Shown here: positions 1 through 10,155 of the stretch, one piece after another | Layout: each line of letters begins with the position of its first letter | Numbering within the stretch: the stretch's first letter is position 1 | NCBI GenBank assembly: GCA_964035575.1 | Contig: OZ037836.1 | Coordinates: 186,001 to 250,000, forward strand | DNA: 64,000 nt | DNA from: Rhynchopus sp. YZ270_cl-10 | Lineage: Eukaryota | Reading direction: 5' to 3' | The notes under the pieces: model-generated | Databases searched by the model: none | The model's input: the letters and a program-made list of their open reading frames with translations, nothing else | Told to the model about the DNA's origin: nothing | Made by a program: the position numbers and the translations under genes

Positions 1-1182
1 CTGTGTTGGAGGCGACGGTGTTACTGGGGATGGTGTAAGTGGAGCTGGTGTAGGTGGCGATGGTGTTTCTGGGGCTGGTGTGAGTGGTGCTGGTGTCGGT
101 GGCGTTACCGTGGGTGGCGACGGTGTTTCTGGGGATGGTGTAAGTGGTGCTGGTGTCGCTGGCGACGGTGTCACGACCCCCATCTTATACACATGCACAG
201 TGTCGCCCTTGTACGTTATGTACCATGGCTTGCAGACGTACAGCCCTGTCATGTAACCTTTGTCTGTAGTCGCCCAGGGCGTGCTTGCTGTGCTGAAGAG
301 GAAGGACGACGTCGCGCGGAAGTAATGCATGTTGTTGGGCGACGAGAAGAGCTCGTACGTGTAGATGTTGTTGGCTTCGAAGGTGGCCAAGGCGAAGGCG
401 GTGGGGAGCTCTGATTTGACTGTGGTCGTGAAGTCGTCGAAGACCTGCACCTTGTCGTCTGCTAACATCATCAGCACACGCTCTGTCGCGTCGTAGCTCA
501 TGGCATCCGTGTCCGGCACCGCCAGCTCGCGCGCAGGCACGACAACCTGCGGAAGAACAGAGGCGTCGTACGCCACGATCTTGTCGTCGCTCGCAATGTA
601 CAGCAGATCGTTCCCCGCATCATACGCCATCTCCGTGCAACTCACCGCTAGCGACACAGTCGTGAACACCCACGGATCCGCATCAGGGTCCACCGTATGC
701 AGCTTTGTGGAACAACACATAAACACAAACCCGGTCAGCGTGCTTTGCAGGATCCTGGCGCATGGCACCTGCCTGCTGAGCGGGATGCCGTCAGCGTCGG
801 CGGCGCCGTTGAAGCTTGCGAGCGGCATTTCTGTGGACACCTTTGCGTAGTTCTGCCCACCCCTGTAGACGTACACGATGTGGAGGATCAGGTTGTCCGT
901 ATGGTCCGTCACAGAGCGCAGGTCGCTGCTGTCGGGAAGCGATGCGGCACCTCCCGGCTCAAACCGTTGTGTGCTGCTGTCGTAGCAGTACTGCATGATC
1001 TGCTCCGTCACGCCAAATCGTATACAATCGTTCTGTGAAGACACACCAGACACGGTGCCTGAAGCAGCAGCAACGAAGCTGTGCTGAAACACTGGTGGGT
1101 CCTGTGCGGCGCACAGACGTAGCCCACTCCATTGAAGACAAAGTAAGAGTGTGCAGACGTTGAAAAGACGTCTGTACGCCAT
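1..1182 (-). CDS. Secreted/surface protein with N-terminal signal peptide and Thr/Pro-rich (TPSP/TPAP) mucin-like tract; 3' end lies outside the window
   Basis: Manual translation from ATG at 1182: MAYRRLFNVCTLLLCLQWSGLRLCAAQDPPVFQHSF...YKMGVVTPSPATPAPLTPSPETP. The frame is open to the window edge. It is absent from the ORF track because no stop lies in the window. Confidence 0.8.
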   Translation of the reverse strand, partial: MAYRRLFNVCTLLLCLQWSGLRLCAAQDPPVFQHSFVAAASGTVSGVSSQNDCIRFGVTEQIMQYCYDSSTQRFEPGGAASLPDSSDLRSVTDHTDNLILHIVYVYRGGQNYAKVSTEMPLASFNGAADADGIPLSRQVPCARILQSTLTGFVFMCCSTKLHTVDPDADPWVFTTVSLAVSCTEMAYDAGNDLLYIASDDKIVAYDASVLPQVVVPARELAVPDTDAMSYDATERVLMMLADDKVQVFDDFTTTVKSELPTAFALATFEANNIYTYELFSSPNNMHYFRATSSFLFSTASTPWATTDKGYMTGLYVCKPWYITYKGDTVHVYKMGVVTPSPATPAPLTPSPETPSPPTVTPPTPAPLTPAPETPSPPTPAPLTPSPVTPSPPTQ

Positions 1183-1483
1183 ACGGTACGCAGGGGTGTG
1201 GGGGTAGGGTCCTGTGGTATGTTTGTTGGAAGTTGGGTAAAAAAAAATGGTAAAGTGTATGAAGAAGAAGGGGAGAGTGCCTCAGGGGGGGTGGTTTGCT
1301 GTTTGTGTCATCATGTGGACAAAGCTGTCTTTTGAGGGCCATCTTGGAAAAGACGCACCCAGATCATGTGTGCAGACTTTGCGCACAATATAGGCAGGGA
1401 GAGGTACATTCCCGGCGCCAAAAATGCTCGAGAGACTCGTTCCTCTTTGCTTGTTGCTCAAAAGACTATAAACAGGGGGGGGG

Positions 1484-3123
1484 TAGGGGGGTCCACGTAG
1501 AAGGAATTCCTTAAGGATTTGCTGTCCCAAACCCATTTTTTTGAAATTTAGGTGAAGAAACCCACTAAAAAGGTCGTACCTGGCCGCAAATCGCCCTGGG
1601 GATCACGAAAATATCCCATTAAACCACCTGACAACCTCTACAGAGACTTTCCTGATTAAAAAAAATCGGTTTTTTGTGAAAAATCTCCAAAAATAGCGTC
1701 ATCAAATCGTCATCAACATGGGCCAAAATGCAACACTTACCAAAAAAATTCTCCAATCAGACAAAAATCCTTCTAAACACCCGAAAAACACCCCAGTCCA
1801 CATCCGGTGGGGTCCCAGGGTGGAAATATATAGTTTTTACAGCTTTTAGGGGTCCTGTGTGAGTACCAGATGCATTTTGCAGTGGGTGTGTGTGCCCCAA
1901 ACGCTTAAAAGTACCCTTTTTATAGTCACTTTTTTGACTTTTTTTGTACCTGAAAACCCCCAAAAAAGTGCCAAGGTAGTCGGAATGGTGTCCAAACACC
2001 CAGGAAAATGTCCCCCAGACCCCATGTAGGGTGAAAAATAGCATTTTGGGCACTTGGGAGGGTTTTATAGGCCATGCAACACTTATGCAACACTTAAGCA
2101 ACGGCTATGCAACGCCTAGCAGAAGACCATTTATTTACCAAAAAAAAAATAATACCAATTCATTCAAAACACCAAAAAACCACCTCGGCCCACCTCCAAT
2201 GAGGTCCCGAGGTGGAAATGTGTGGATTTTGCAGCTTTTTGGGGTCCCTAGGGGGTTTTTGAGGGTGTTTTTGTGTCTGCAACGCTTAAAATAACGGTAT
2301 TTCCCCCCATCCTTTTGACGTATTTCGCACCCAAAATAAAAACCCTAAAAGGCGTGTTCAGGCAGTCGCAGAAGTGTCTAAATCCCTCTGAATTGCCTGA
2401 CAGACCTCCCGAGCTGTGGAAAATCGTACTTGCAACACTTGCCAGGGCTTTTTGGTCCCTGAAAATGACAACGTACCCTGTGCCTAAGTGCAGTAAAGCC
2501 TTCCTTGCCTCCTCCTATGACCAATGATTCTTGCGAATCCGTTGTCGGTGTCCTTGACCAAGTTGCAAGCCACCACGGAAGGAGCCAGCACCCCGACAAC
2601 ACCGACTCACTGTCGCTGGAACCTAGACATCCTCTACAGTCTAGGTTGGGTTCCGTCTTTCTCAAGGGAAGAACTTGCCGCAGGATACACCAAGCGCACC
2701 ACAAAGGCAGGTCCATGCAAAGTACCCAGAAGTAGCAACTTGAAAAGTACAACACTAAATTGCTTCATCTTTTCACAAAGACAGAGTTGCGGGAATTTGC
2801 GGCAGATTGTGCACCCCTTGACGATGAAGACACCGGTACGATGAATAAGGAGCCTCTGGTCGCTATGCTGTCTCAGTGAGCAGAACAGGGATTCTATAGG
2901 CATATTAGGGGGTATAATTGCATGGAAAAAGGCGGAAAAAGCGGAAAAAAACACCAAAAAATCAGAAAAAAGTACGAAATAGTGCTCAAAAGTGTGTTTT
3001 TCGTGGTTTTGGGTGATTTTTTGGGGGTTTGGGGGTCTTTTGGGGTGTTTTTTCGGGTTTTTCGCGGGTTTTTACAAAAAAAAGTGGTTTGGGACAGCAA
3101 AAACGGCCGGACGGACCCCCCTA
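1484..3123. mobile_element. Non-autonomous hAT-like DNA transposon (~1.64 kb)
   Basis: 11-bp TIR TAGGGGGGTCC (1484-1494) / GGACCCCCCTA (3113-3123). Both flanks read CAGGGGGG(G)n, consistent with an 8-bp TSD plus G-run slippage. Internal diverged direct repeat ~1770-1910 vs ~2165-2300. No recognisable transposase ORF. Confidence 0.55.
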
Positions 3124-3417
3124 CAGGGGGGGGGGGGGAAATAAAGGTTGTGTGTTGTTCGCTTCCACGTTGTGTGTAGCTAATCAGATGTGTAAAATCT
3201 TTTCAGAAGAAAGAAAAAACGACTCGTGGATTGGATACTGAATTATTTCACTAGAAATGCACACATATCTTGTAAAAAATTATTACGCATTCACTCGACG
3301 ATTTCGATTAAAGAAAACCAGAGACGAAAGGGGGTATGGGGGGGAAAATTGAAACCGCACCCTACTTTTCCTTTTTATGTTTTTTTCCCCACCCCCGAAA
3401 ACAATAAAGCAATAAAA

Positions 3418-3569
3418 ACAATAAAGACAAAAGGGAGAGGTTGTGGTGAAACGCACACACCTCGACCTGTCGGTGAAATGTGGCTCTACCCCAACCCGCC
3501 CCGGATTAGAAAAATGGAAAAAAGGATGGGAGTAGGGAGCGGTGTTCAATTTCCTTTTAGCATTGCATG
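3418..3569 (+). repeat. Dispersed repeat, second copy at ~27648-27799; the adjacent segment ~3275-3345 recurs at ~6950-7020
   Basis: ACAATAAAGACAAAAGGGAGAGGTTGTGGTGAAA...CCTTTTAGCATTGCATG is present at both loci with high identity. Confidence 0.8.
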
Positions 3570-4260
3570 TAATCATAAAGTTTAATTCTTGAACGCATCC
3601 CCACACTCACTGTGACTCAGTCACAAAAGAGTCGCTAACGTAGAGCTCGTCCTCTGGTGTGTCAGCACAAATAAAAACCAAGTTTGGGGGATGCCTCCAA
3701 TGACAATCACGTCAATAGAAAAGTTTGATGGTATGACTATTTTGTTAACCGCTTTTCAAACTCGCGTCCAAAAACGCCCTCAAAAATACGAACGTATTCG
3801 TAAGCTTTCTCTAAGAAGATTTTATTTTTCCTTCGTTCAAAACTTCACACACAACGCTTTTTGGTTTTTCGGAGACACACAAGGTGCCAGGTTCTATGAT
3901 ATGCACGGAACCACCCTGCACCTGTTTGTCATATTGTTTCCCTTGCAATACATGGGGAAAGGTTTCGCAGTCGAAACTAGAGCGTTTTGATAAGAAATGG
4001 AATGTGCGGAGACGGGGGCACGCTCTTGGAACTCCACCCTGTAGAAATAATCTACAACACGCCCAAGATCTTTGTTCTTCAGCAGGTAGGACTAAATGCT
4101 GTTCGTACACTGACAGAACCTCTGAGACACCTGCAAGGAAAACTCTTGGGGGAAGAGATTACTTTCCAAAAGACTAATCGTGGGTAGCATAGTTGTGATC
4201 TACGTCTAACTTTGTCGATACAGAACGTACCGTACACAGAAGGTATCGTCTTGCAATGCA

Positions 4261-6042
4261 TCACTGAGGATGTGTGTTTTGAATACATTTATATACTTCT
4301 GTCTCACCCTGCAGCGGTCGTGCCAAGGACACACTCAGAATCCCACCTTTGACTGAAGAAGGCTGCACGTTCAACGGGATCCGTTCACAAGGGCAGTCCT
4401 GTGCAGCTGCTTCAACAGCTGCTGCAGACACGTCGCCTTTCAGGTAACTCCGCACACTTGTGTTGTATGTCTCCCACGCAGCGTTCTTGCCGACTTGGTA
4501 CATCCACTCCTCTGCAGGACTGTTCAAAAGTGCGTCGCCAGGAAGAAGCTCGGCCACCACTTCAGGTGCGTCACAGCCTGCTGACATGTCCACCTTGCAT
4601 GGAATCAGGCGTAACATGTGTTCGCACTCAGCGTCGCTGAAGCACATACGGTTGCACAGCACGTCGCAGCCAAGGATACGTCCTGCACGTTCCATCCCAT
4701 GCACGTCACGCACCAGTGCACCCACCATGCTGAAACGGCGCAGCACTTCACACCCCATGTCTCCACGCAGCACCTTCCCAGTCGCAACACCGATGTTCAC
4801 CTGCGATGTGGAACCCTGCAGCAGCATCGAAGCAGCGCGCAGTGCTGAGGTGGCGTGGTTCGCACACTGCTTAGACGTGTTGAACGAGCAGTGCACCTTG
4901 TCACCGATGAACACGTCCACCATCCCACGGTGGGTATCTGTTGCCTTCAACGTCTTCAGAAGCAGGTTTGTGAAGAAGGAGGAGAAGCTTGCACAGTCCT
5001 CTTCCAAGAAACGCAACGTGTCTTTGATATTCACCGTGAGAAGGGTGGCCTTCGTGGAGGACAGGAAGAGGGGCACGTGTCGCACGTTTGCAACAGGTGT
5101 GGCCACCGTTGAACCTGTCTCCACACGCTCAATCTGTACACTAGCGCTGTCCTCTTCGCTGTCTTCACAAACTGCATTGTCCAAAACAGACGTGTCCACA
5201 AGCAGACATGTCTGTGGCAGGTACGCCTTGTACACACGCAGGTTCTGCTCCAACCTCCGCAGTGCCACTGTCATCCCCACAGGCAGGTCTGCACCGTGCT
5301 GCTCCAGCAACGCCGCCACCTGCTCCACGTCGTAGCCTGCCAGCAGTGTTGCGATCTCCTGCACAGTGTCAATCGTCCGCTCCATTGTTGCCTGCTCCTT
5401 CAGCACCTGTCGTGCAAAGCCACGTGTTGCGATGAAGTCCAACAGAAACACCGACATGGCAGTTGTCATCTCGCTAGGAGGAAACTCCACCGCACAGGGC
5501 AGGTTCTCACAGGAAAATCTTTCTCGCAAGTAGTACAGTCGCCCATGCTCACCTTCTATTGCTGGGAGCCCTGGCAGGTCGAACAGACCAAACCTGAAGC
5601 TTTCCTCTATTCCGAGCAGGAGAAGCCACAAGACAATGAAGCACACGAGACCCACACTGTAGCGTGCGGGCACCTGCATCACAAGCAGCATGTCGATCAT
5701 CAGGACTAAGAGTGGCCAGAATGGCTGCTGCGAGATGGCACGCGCGTTCAAGTCCCAGAGACACATGCCTAACGAGACTGTGTACAGCGAGCTGACCACA
5801 AGGGTTGTCGTCAGTGGGCGCTTGCAGAGCACAGCAACAACAGGCATACCGAAGCCAAATGCGACGAAGAAGGTGCCAACCAGTAACAACGGCTGTATCA
5901 GCATAACGGGTAGCCATCTCACCAGGATGAGGACGTCCACACACCACCCAATGGCACACACAACAAAGAACTGCGTCCGCCGCTCCCTCTCCCTCCTGCT
6001 CAGTGTGCCGTCCATCGAGAGGATCGCATCCAGACACCTCAT
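4261..6042 (-). CDS. ~6-TM membrane protein with degenerate class III cyclase domain (pseudo-cyclase, array copy 1)
   Basis: 593-aa ORF with hydrophobic N-terminal helices, a coiled linker (EQATMERTIDTVQEIATLL...RRLEQNLRVYKAYLP) and cyclase-like motifs GMVDVFIGDKVHCSF and NIGVATGKVLRGDMG. Most catalytic residues are substituted. Confidence 0.85.
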   Translation of the reverse strand: MRCLDAILSMDGTLSRRERERRTQFFVVCAIGWCVDVLILVRWLPVMLIQPLLLVGTFFVAFGFGMPVVAVLCKRPLTTTLVVSSLYTVSLGMCLWDLNARAISQQPFWPLLVLMIDMLLVMQVPARYSVGLVCFIVLWLLLLGIEESFRFGLFDLPGLPAIEGEHGRLYYLRERFSCENLPCAVEFPPSEMTTAMSVFLLDFIATRGFARQVLKEQATMERTIDTVQEIATLLAGYDVEQVAALLEQHGADLPVGMTVALRRLEQNLRVYKAYLPQTCLLVDTSVLDNAVCEDSEEDSASVQIERVETGSTVATPVANVRHVPLFLSSTKATLLTVNIKDTLRFLEEDCASFSSFFTNLLLKTLKATDTHRGMVDVFIGDKVHCSFNTSKQCANHATSALRAASMLLQGSTSQVNIGVATGKVLRGDMGCEVLRRFSMVGALVRDVHGMERAGRILGCDVLCNRMCFSDAECEHMLRLIPCKVDMSAGCDAPEVVAELLPGDALLNSPAEEWMYQVGKNAAWETYNTSVRSYLKGDVSAAAVEAAAQDCPCERIPLNVQPSSVKGGILSVSLARPLQGETEVYKCIQNTHPQ

Positions 6043-6479
6043 TGTGGTGTCCTGTGTTGTGGTGTACCTGTGTGTTCGTTTCGTGTGTCAGGATACGTGG
6101 GTGGAAGAGAAGGGGACACATGCAGATGTGTGGCAGATAGTACAATGAAAACAGAACCTTGAACTGTGTCTTGTGTATAGTTCCTCGGTATAAGTCCTTA
6201 ACTATGAACTACGTGGGCAATGTGGAAACACTGCACGCACTCTGTGTACCTTATGCAGACAATAACGCAGTGATTGCTCGGAAATAATAGAAATCGTAAG
6301 AATAGGACCTTTTGATATTTGATACGAAAGATAAATTGTGTAGAATTCGATAATCGTGTATTTGTATCCTCTCTCAACCAACACTCACAGACGGGGCCAA
6401 AAAACATACTCAACGATTCAAATTATATGTATCGATCGACCCTCCCCCGTGAACTTGTATCTACACGGTGGAGTCCACC

Positions 6480-6692
6480 CCGGGGGGAGTACCTAAATAG
6501 GGGGACTCAAAGAGTCCTACTAGCCGAGGCTAGGCATACCTAGAAGGAGAATTTCGAATTCGCCCTATATGCGAATATCATATTCGCCTGTTTTCTTCTA
6601 TATTCGCCTATTCGCCCTATATTCGCCTTCTAGGTGCCTAGCCTCGGCTAGTAGGACTCTTTGAGGCCCCCTATTTAGGTACTCCCCCCCGG
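6480..6692. mobile_element. MITE-like element (~210 bp) with ~65-bp inverted repeats
   Basis: GGGGGGAGTACCTAAATAGGGGGACTCAAAGAGTCCTACTAGCCGAGGCTAGGCA..CCTAGAAGG is mirrored at ~6627-6690. Internal short TATTCGCC repeats. No clear TSD. Confidence 0.75.
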
Positions 6693-7587
6693 TCACGAGA
6701 CGCTTGGGATCATCCTTTAACAACTTCTTCCAAAATTAACGCGCCTTTCGCTGCTTGAAGTCGCTCTGTTAGGTCTTAAGTTACACATATTAGCGACTAT
6801 TCTTAACTGTAGTTATGCCCTTATTATTAACATTGGTTTGGGTTTGCGGGTTTACGGGTTTGCAAACAAAATTACACATTACACGTTGCAACTGTGCCCA
6901 TCTTTTCTCGGACGCAGCTTGTATCACGTAAGACACTGCGTTATTGTCTGAAAAATTATTACGCATCCACTCGACGTTTGGATAAAGAAAACTAGAGATG
7001 AAGGGGGTTTGGGGGGAAGAGTATAAAGTCTTGGACCCATCCCCACACTCAGTCACACATTTTGATTTGAAATCACCGAACGCTGTTCACAATAATGAGT
7101 TTTATATCCCAACCTAACAACAATGATAAAGCGTGAAGACAATAAATAAAATCAAAGCGGAATAAATTTGAGGTTTTGTGAGGCACTCAACGAGTGTGCC
7201 GGCTCTGTGTATACGACTAGGAAAAGCTCCTGCGTCGGTTTTCTTTTGGTTATGAAAAATCGACAATTTTCCTGAAGATTTAATGTATGTGTGTGAGATA
7301 GGGAGCACGGGAGAGAAAAACGACTCGTGGATACTGATGGAAAGTGCGAACACGCCGATCCGAACAATCCGTACAACAATAGTAGGAACCGAATATTTTC
7401 TCTTGCCCCGAAGAAGCTCCGTAAAAGCCCCACTCTGTACTCCCCCCTCACACCTGAGAATGACCGTAGTGTAAAGAACGTCTGGTGAGCAACTACACAG
7501 TGTGTGAAGAAAACGTTGTCAAAAACTCACTCATTTTGCACCATATGAGCTTGCAACCGTACAGACGCCACAGTTGTAAGAGCGCAA

Positions 7588-9762
7588 CTAAAACACATTG
7601 TCGCGTTCCCTGTTGTCCTGTGCCTCAAGCACCCGGTAACAACCCTTGTGTTGCACAAGAACGTCTTCAAGTGCAGACGGCAGTGTTGTCCCTTCAGGAG
7701 GCTCGTACAGACACACAACCCCGTCACGCACAGCCTCCTCGCACAGCGCCCAACTCCGACGCACAACATCCCCCATCACAGTCACAAAGCGCTGGCTCCG
7801 TGCACCAACATCCCCGTGCTGCACAGGGCCGCTTGCAAGCCCAGCCCCGTTCAGTGCAGACTTCACAGACCTGCGCTGCACAAACCGTATCGCGTTCTCC
7901 ATGTGTGCAGGTGCAGTACGCGACACGTTCCACCCAACACAGACACAGTTCCCAAGCAGCGTCACCAGACTCCCTCCACTCTGCTCCAGTGCCGCGGTCA
8001 GTGTCGTGAGTCGTGAGCTCATCTCGTGAAAGGCTATGTTTTGTCCCACGTCATCAACTGCAAGCTGTGCAACTCCCAGTGTGCCGGAGGTCTGACGTGT
8101 GGAGACTGCAATGTTGTTTACGGATGAAACAGACGACGCACATAGGGAAAGACTCATATGCGGTTTGGCACTTTGCGAAGAAGACTCGCAGAGTGAAGAC
8201 TCGCAAAGTGGGGTTTCCATTCGTCCTCTGCTCCTCAGACTCATTGCCAGATTCGCAGTTGGTAAAGAAGACTCGCAAAGTGGTGTTTCTCTTCGTCCCC
8301 CAAGTGAGACAGGCCACACACAGCACACCAACGTGCTCCCAGACACACCCTTCAAGTGAACTGCCTCAGGCACACCAGCAACAGCACTGCACGACTCAGA
8401 GACAGACGTCCACAGGTCAGAGGGAACAGCCACAGCACCAGGTGTGCATGTGCTCTCAAGGCGTGATGCAACGTTCACTGTGTGTCCGAAGTAGTCTGTC
8501 CGTCCTGTCAGTGTGTTTTGCTCCACGGTCACAGGGCCAGTGTTCACACCAATGCGCACAGTCAGACCACCCCACAGCGACCCCTGACGGGAACAGATCG
8601 GTGCATCCTCGAGCAGAGACGCAGGCCAGTCTGCTTCAAACAGACACTCCTGCACACGCAACCCAAACGCCACACCGTCGCAAGTGGATGCAAAGGCAAT
8701 CATGAATGCGTCGCCGATGGTCTTCACTTCGTACCCATCACACATCCGCATCATATCACGCATCACAGCGTTGTGGACCTGCAGTCCAGCACGCATCCCT
8801 TCAGGTGCGTTCTCCCAGATCGACGTCGACGCACGGATGTCTGTGAACACAATCGTTGCTGTCTCGCTGTCAAGCCCAGGCGGTGCCACAGTCGGCTGCT
8901 GCACACCGTCCACCTCCACCTCAAACAGCGCAGCAGGGAGGTACGGACGGTACTTCCGCAGGTTCTGCTCCAAGTTCCGCAGTGCCACTGTCATCCCCTC
9001 AGGCAGGTCACGCTCATGCGCTTTCAGCAACGCCGCCACCTGCTCCACGTCGTAGCCTGCCAGCAGTGTTGCGATCTCCTGCACAGTGTCAATCGTCCGC
9101 TCCATTGTTGCCTGCTCCTTCAGCACCTGTCGTGCAAAGCCACGTGTTGCGATGAAGTCCAACAGAAACACCGACATGGCAGTTGTCATCTCGCTAGGAG
9201 GAAACTCCACCGCACAGGGCAGGTTCTCACAGGAAAATCTTTCTCGCAAGTAGTACAGTCGCCCATGCTCACCTTCTATTGCTGCGAGCCCTGGCAGGTC
9301 GAACAGACCAAACCTGAAGCTTTCCTCTATTCCGAGCAGGAGAAGCCACAAGACAATGAAGCACACGAGACCCACACTGTAGCGTGCGGGCACCTGCATC
9401 ACAAGCAGCATGTCGATCATCAGGACTAAGAGTGGCCAGAATGGCTGCTGCGAGATGGCACGCGCGTTCAAGTCCCAGAGACACATGCCTAACGAGACTG
9501 TGTACAGCGAGCTGACCACAAGGGTTGTCGTCAGTGGGCGCTTGCAGAGCACAGCAACAACAGGCATACCGAAGCCAAATGCGACGAAGAAGGTGCCAAC
9601 CAGTAACAACGGCTGTATCAGCATAACGGGTAGCCATCTCACCAGGATGAGGACGTCCACACACCACCCAATGGCACACACAACAAAGAACTGCGTCCGC
9701 CGCTCCCTCTCCCTCCTGCTCAGTGTGCCGTCCATCGAGAGGATCGCATCCAGACACCTCAT
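7588..9762 (-). CDS. Membrane (~6-TM) class III adenylate cyclase with intact catalytic domain, followed by a second, degenerate cyclase domain (array copy 2)
   Basis: Motifs IVFTDIRAST, YEVKTIGDAFM, VRIGVNTGP and TDYFGHTVNVASRLES supply both metal-binding Asp, the ATP-specifying Lys/Asp and the transition-state Asn/Arg. Start set at the MRCLDAIL ATG (9762) shared by the paralogues. Confidence 0.9.
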   Translation of the reverse strand: MRCLDAILSMDGTLSRRERERRTQFFVVCAIGWCVDVLILVRWLPVMLIQPLLLVGTFFVAFGFGMPVVAVLCKRPLTTTLVVSSLYTVSLGMCLWDLNARAISQQPFWPLLVLMIDMLLVMQVPARYSVGLVCFIVLWLLLLGIEESFRFGLFDLPGLAAIEGEHGRLYYLRERFSCENLPCAVEFPPSEMTTAMSVFLLDFIATRGFARQVLKEQATMERTIDTVQEIATLLAGYDVEQVAALLKAHERDLPEGMTVALRNLEQNLRKYRPYLPAALFEVEVDGVQQPTVAPPGLDSETATIVFTDIRASTSIWENAPEGMRAGLQVHNAVMRDMMRMCDGYEVKTIGDAFMIAFASTCDGVAFGLRVQECLFEADWPASLLEDAPICSRQGSLWGGLTVRIGVNTGPVTVEQNTLTGRTDYFGHTVNVASRLESTCTPGAVAVPSDLWTSVSESCSAVAGVPEAVHLKGVSGSTLVCCVWPVSLGGRRETPLCESSLPTANLAMSLRSRGRMETPLCESSLCESSSQSAKPHMSLSLCASSVSSVNNIAVSTRQTSGTLGVAQLAVDDVGQNIAFHEMSSRLTTLTAALEQSGGSLVTLLGNCVCVGWNVSRTAPAHMENAIRFVQRRSVKSALNGAGLASGPVQHGDVGARSQRFVTVMGDVVRRSWALCEEAVRDGVVCLYEPPEGTTLPSALEDVLVQHKGCYRVLEAQDNRERDNVF

Positions 9763-10155
9763 TGTGGTGTCCTGTGTTGTGGTGTACCTGTGTGTTCGTG
9801 TCGTGTGTCGGGATACGTGAGTGGAAGAGAAAGGGGACACATGCAGATGTGTGGCAGATACTGCTACTGGAAATATTATTGACCGAAATAAGTACCAAAT
9901 AAACCTCAAACGTACGATAATTAATTCGGTCCAAATATTTCCAAATACAAATGAAAACAGAACCCTGAACTGTGTCTTGTGTATAGTTCCTAGGTAGAAG
10001 TCCTTAACTATGAACTACGCGGGCAATGTGGAAACACTGCACGCACTCTGTGTACCAAAAACATTTTCACTACTGTGCACTGCAGCGTCATTTTGTGTAC
10101 GTACAAGCAGTCGGACAAAACAGTGCAAAGTCGAATTACTGTTGTAATCCTCATC

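Noticed and set aside
2273..2957. Short ORFs inside the 1484-3123 element as a transposase relic
   Set aside because: No recognisable motif in the frames I read.
9763..9909. Upstream in-frame extensions of cyclase copies 2 and 6, and of surface genes A and C
   Set aside because: Paralogue conservation and signal peptides place the starts at the shared downstream ATGs.
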